This document shows positions 36,390 to 40,283 of a DNA stretch of 40,283 nucleotides, in pieces. The notes beneath the pieces are model-generated. The model was given only the letters and a program-made list of their open reading frames with translations. It did not search any database and had not been told where the DNA came from. Position 1 is the stretch's first letter. The number at the start of each line of letters is the position of its first letter. Source of the stretch: a virus (lineage: Duplodnaviria; Heunggongvirae; Uroviricota; Caudoviricetes). The translations under genes were made by a program, and so were the position numbers. The DNA lies in the IMG/VR virus record IMGVR_UViG_2909309443_000006, positions 1 to 40,283 of that record; one strand, written 5' to 3'.

Positions 36390-38861
36390 ATGAGTAAAGT
36401 CTTTATTTGCGCCGCCATTCCGGACGAACAGGCAATAAAGGAAGAAGGTGCAGTCGCTGTAGCCACTGCCATTGAAGCTGGTGATGAACGTCGCGCCCGC
36501 GCAAAATTTCACTGGCAATTCCTGGAACATTATCCGGCTGCTCAGGACTGCGCTTATAAATTTCTTGTTTGCGAGGATAAACCCGGTATACCCCGCCCTG
36601 CTATCGACTCCTGGGATACCGAATATATGCAGGAAAACCGCTGGGATGAGGAGTCTGCTTCCTTTGTCCCGGTTGAGACTGAATCAGATCCGATGAACGT
36701 CACTTTTGACAAGCTGGCCCCTGAAGTACAGAACGCTGTCATGGTTAAGTTCGACACATGTGAAAATATCACCGTTGATATGGTGATTAGCGCGCAGGAA
36801 TTGTTGCAGGAAGACATGGCAACATTCGACGGACATATCGTTGAAGCGTTGATGAAAATGCCAGAAGTTAACGCCATGTATCCGGAGCTTAAGCTGCATG
36901 CCATCGGGTGGGTTAAGCATAAATGTAAGCCTGGTGCCAAATGGCCCGAAATTCAGGCAGAGATGCGCATCTGGAAAAAACGTCGCGAAGGTGAACGCAA
37001 GGAAACCGGAAAATACACGTCTGTTGTTGATCTCGCCCGCGCCAGAGCCAATCAACAGAACACTGAAAATTCAACAGGAAAAATCAACCCGGCCATTGCT
37101 GCCACTCATCGCGAATACAAGCAGACATGGAAAACACTGGATGATGAACTGGCCTACGCTCTGTGGCCTGGTGACATTGATGCCGGAAACATTGACGGCA
37201 GCATCCATCGCTGGGCAAAAAATGAAGTTATCAACAACGACCGCGAAGACTGGAAGCGTATCTCGGCATCAATGCGCAAACAGCCTGATACCCTTCGCTA
37301 CGACCGCCAGACTATTTTTGGCCTTGTTCGTGAACGTCCGATCGACATTCACAAAGACCCTGTGGCACTGAACAAATACATTACTGAATACCTGACTACA
37401 AAGGGCGTGTTTGAAGATGAAGGAACAAATCAGAGCGCAACTGATACTCTCTCGTCGCCAGTACCAGAAACTGATGCAGTGGAAACGGCAATTCCGGACA
37501 ACGAAAAAACCGAATGCAAAGTGGAAGTCGAACCATCTGTAGAGCGTGAGGGGCCGTTCTACTTCCTCTTCACCGACAAGGATGGCGAAAAATACGGTCG
37601 CGCAAACAAACTTTCTGGTCTGGATAAGGCGCTGGCTGCCGGGGCTACTGAAATCACGAAAGAAGAATATTTCGCCCGCAAAAACAGTACATGCTCAGGT
37701 TCACAACAAAATACTGGTGCATCTGACACGACCGCACAGCCAGAACCGGTAAAAGTTACCGCTGACGAAGTAAACAAAATTATGCAGGCAGCCAATATCA
37801 GCCAGCCTGACGCCGATAAGTTGCTTGCTGCATCACGTGGTGAATTTATTGAAGGGATTAGCGACCCGAATGATCCGAAATGGGTGAAGGGGATTGAAAC
37901 CCGCGATTCTGTGAACCAGAACCAGCAAGAAACGGAACAGAACGACCAGAAAGCGGAACAAAACAGCCCAAATACGCAACAAAACGAGCCAGAAACGAAA
38001 CAACCTGAACCAGTAGCGCAACAGGAACCGGAAAAAGCCTGCACCGCCTGTGGTCAGAGCGGTGGCGGCAACTGCCCTGATTGTGGCGCGGTGATGGGCG
38101 ACGCAACATACCAGGAAACATTCGATGAAGAGAATCAGGTTGAAGTTCAGGAAAACGATCCGGAGGAAATGGAAGGCGCTGAACATCCACACAAGGAGAA
38201 TGCTGGCAGCGCTCAGGACCACGCCAGCGATAATGCAACTGGCGAGGCGGCAGATCACTCAATTAAGGTGAACGGTCATCACGAAATCACATCCACCAGC
38301 AGGACGTGTGGCCATCTAATGATCGACCTCGAAACCATGGGAAAAAATCCTGATGCCCCGATTATCTCAATAGGTGCAATATTTTTCGATCCGCAAACCG
38401 GAGATATGGGACCGGAATTTAGTAAGACTATCGATCTGGAAACTGCTGGCGGAGTCATTGATCGGGACACCATTAAATGGTGGCTGAAGCAATCACGCGA
38501 AGCGCAATCTGCCATTATGACTGATGAAATCCCGTTAGATGATGCTCTGTTACAATTGCGAGAATTTATCGACGAAAACTCCGGTGAGTTTTTTGTTCAG
38601 GTCTGGGGAAATGGAGCCAACTTCGACAACACGATTTTGCGCCGTTCATACGAGCGGCAGGGGATCCCCTGCCCGTGGCGTTACTACAACGATCGCGATG
38701 TACGCACAATCGTTGAGCTGGGGAAAGCCATAGGCTTCGATGCCAGAACGGCTATTCCATTCGAAGGTGAGCGCCATAATGCACTTGATGACGCCCGTTA
38801 CCAGGCAAAATACGTTTCAGCTATCTGGCAAAAACTGATCCCGAGTCAGGCTGATTTTTAA
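36390..38861 (+). CDS. Large prophage exonuclease: C-terminal DnaQ-like DEDDh 3'-5' exonuclease domain, central Zn-ribbon and acidic/Gln-rich linker
   Basis: 823 aa; exo motifs LMIDLETMG, GNGANFDNTIL, HNALDDARYQAKY in the last 190 residues; CTACGQSGGGNCPDCG ribbon; sits in the exo position upstream of xis-int. Confidence 0.7.
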   Translation: MSKVFICAAIPDEQAIKEEGAVAVATAIEAGDERRARAKFHWQFLEHYPAAQDCAYKFLVCEDKPGIPRPAIDSWDTEYMQENRWDEESASFVPVETESDPMNVTFDKLAPEVQNAVMVKFDTCENITVDMVISAQELLQEDMATFDGHIVEALMKMPEVNAMYPELKLHAIGWVKHKCKPGAKWPEIQAEMRIWKKRREGERKETGKYTSVVDLARARANQQNTENSTGKINPAIAATHREYKQTWKTLDDELAYALWPGDIDAGNIDGSIHRWAKNEVINNDREDWKRISASMRKQPDTLRYDRQTIFGLVRERPIDIHKDPVALNKYITEYLTTKGVFEDEGTNQSATDTLSSPVPETDAVETAIPDNEKTECKVEVEPSVEREGPFYFLFTDKDGEKYGRANKLSGLDKALAAGATEITKEEYFARKNSTCSGSQQNTGASDTTAQPEPVKVTADEVNKIMQAANISQPDADKLLAASRGEFIEGISDPNDPKWVKGIETRDSVNQNQQETEQNDQKAEQNSPNTQQNEPETKQPEPVAQQEPEKACTACGQSGGGNCPDCGAVMGDATYQETFDEENQVEVQENDPEEMEGAEHPHKENAGSAQDHASDNATGEAADHSIKVNGHHEITSTSRTCGHLMIDLETMGKNPDAPIISIGAIFFDPQTGDMGPEFSKTIDLETAGGVIDRDTIKWWLKQSREAQSAIMTDEIPLDDALLQLREFIDENSGEFFVQVWGNGANFDNTILRRSYERQGIPCPWRYYNDRDVRTIVELGKAIGFDARTAIPFEGERHNALDDARYQAKYVSAIWQKLIPSQADF

Positions 38862-38925
38862 TGTTCAACCCCGGTCGTCGCCCACCAGCTATAGTGGCGA
38901 CGACCATGATTAGCGAACGACGCTC

Positions 38926-39174
38926 ATGGCAAGACTTATTCTGCTCACTGAGTGGGCAAAAGAGGAATTCAGCGATCCGGTCCCTACTCCGGGCACGTTA
39001 AGTAAATACGCTAAAGCCGGAATGATATTTCCTCTTCCCAAAAAAGTTGGGAGACACTGGCGAGTGGATCCGCGAGCTCGCTTTGTCGGAATGGTAAACA
39101 AGCCGGAGGTGATCGCTACAGATCACCCAGCCTTGAAGAGGATACTGGAAGATGGCGCGCCCGCGAAAATATAA
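38926..39174 (+). CDS. xis: Excisionase (Xis)
   Basis: 82 aa lambda Xis-like; overlaps int start by 23 bp. Confidence 0.75.
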   Translation: MARLILLTEWAKEEFSDPVPTPGTLSKYAKAGMIFPLPKKVGRHWRVDPRARFVGMVNKPEVIATDHPALKRILEDGAPAKI

Positions 39175-40283
39175 AACTGATGTTCCGGGATTATCTCCGT
39201 ATTTTGACAAAAGAAATAACAAAGTTTACTGGCGTTACAGGCATCCCATAACAGGCAAAAATCACGGTCTCGGCAGTATTGACCAGAAACTGGCAGAAAC
39301 TATTGCAGCAGAAGCGAACAGCCGTCTTGCCAGGCAGCAAATGAAACAAATGCTCAGTCTGCAGGAGAAAATTATTAATGATACCGGCGGTTCATCAACC
39401 GTTTCCATTTTTCTGAATAATTACAGAAAAATTCAACAGGAAAGATATGAAAACGGAGAGATCAAACTCAACACGCTGAAACAAAAAGCGGCCCCTCTCA
39501 GGGTATTTGATGAACGTTTTGGCACCAGACCGTTAGATGCCATAACCGTAAAAGATGTGGTATCGGTGCTGGAAGAGTACAAGGCCAGAGGACATAACAG
39601 AATGGGACAAATTTTCAGGAAGGTACTGATCGATGTTTTCCGGGAAGCCCAGCAAACAGGCGATGTTCCGCCAGGCTTTAACCCTGCAGAATCGGCAAAA
39701 AAAACCGCAGGTGCGGATATCAAGGCAGCGACTGACTTTTGATGAGTGGATGATGATTTATAACGCAGCGGAAAAGGATGGTTACTTTTTACAGCGCGGC
39801 ATGCTGCTGGCACTGATGACAGGCCAGCGCCTTTCAGATATTTGCAAAATGCAATTTTCGGATATCCGGGATGGTTATCTTCATGTCGAACAGCAAAAAA
39901 CAGGAACCCGGATTGCCATCCCTCTTGCTCTGCGTTGCAATAAATTAAATCTCACCCTGGATGATGTGGCGTCATCCTGTCGCGATTGCGTTCTTAGTCC
40001 GTGGCTATTGCACCACCATCATGCGAAAGGGACAGCCAAGCGCGGCGGGATGGTTAAGCCAGCAACGTTAACAGTTGCATTTAAAAAAGCGCGGGACTCT
40101 GTAGATTACAACTGGTGCGCTAATGGTACCCCACCCTCTTTCCATGAACAGCGATCATTGTCGGAGCGTTTGTTCAGGGAGCAAGGGATCGACACCCAAA
40201 TTTTGCTTGGCCATTCGAATCAAAAAATGACCGATATTTACAACGATGCACGTGGTAAGGAGTGGAAAAAACTGGTCATTTGA
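39152..40283 (+). pseudogene. int: Tyrosine integrase (lambda Int family), disrupted by a +1 frameshift in an A8 run (39697-39704)
   Basis: ORF 39152..39742 has N-terminal Int domains and ends NPAESAKK...; ORF 39633..40283 continues in the -1 frame with RLTFDEWMMIYNAAE and catalytic-domain motifs (HEQRSLSERL, LLGH, Y); lambda Int alignment spans the junction. Confidence 0.8.

Noticed and set aside
36390-38861. Calling the 823 aa protein RecE (exonuclease VIII)
   Set aside because: The catalytic region is DEDDh (DnaQ-like), not the PD-(D/E)XK fold of RecE or lambda Exo, and there is no RecT partner; any N-terminal RecE resemblance rests on uncertain memory, so the RecE name is not asserted.

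Overview
The window is a near-complete lambdoid prophage, Qin/Rac-like in its immunity, dicB and replication modules, lying in reverse orientation with the structural module as the main reverse-strand block. Order along the minus strand: int (frameshifted) and xis at the right end, a large DEDDh-exonuclease gene, a dicF/dicB operon, a CI-like repressor and divergent Cro/DicC-like gene with GTAAC-N4-GTTAC operators, replication genes (O-like, DnaC-like), a nin-like region carrying hok/mok, a Doc-family toxin pair, DUF968, rusA and a Q-like gene, then a cargo block (Ser/Thr kinase + PP2C phosphatase, orphan DNA methyltransferase, four tRNA genes), a lysis cassette, terminase, a frameshifted portal, a protease/capsid gene fused by deletion directly to the tape-measure gene, and lambda-like tail tip genes M, L, K, I, J, lom, stf, tfa. 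The element looks defective: portal and integrase each carry a +1 frameshift in an A-run, and all genes normally lying between the capsid and tape-measure genes are missing. The most interesting candidate is the translationally coupled, AT-rich kinase-phosphatase operon sitting in the Q-to-lysis cargo slot (where Stx phages carry stx). All calls come from reading the sequence and the ORF translations against remembered family signatures; no database search was run, and hand-placed coordinates for RNA and regulatory features may be off by a few bases.
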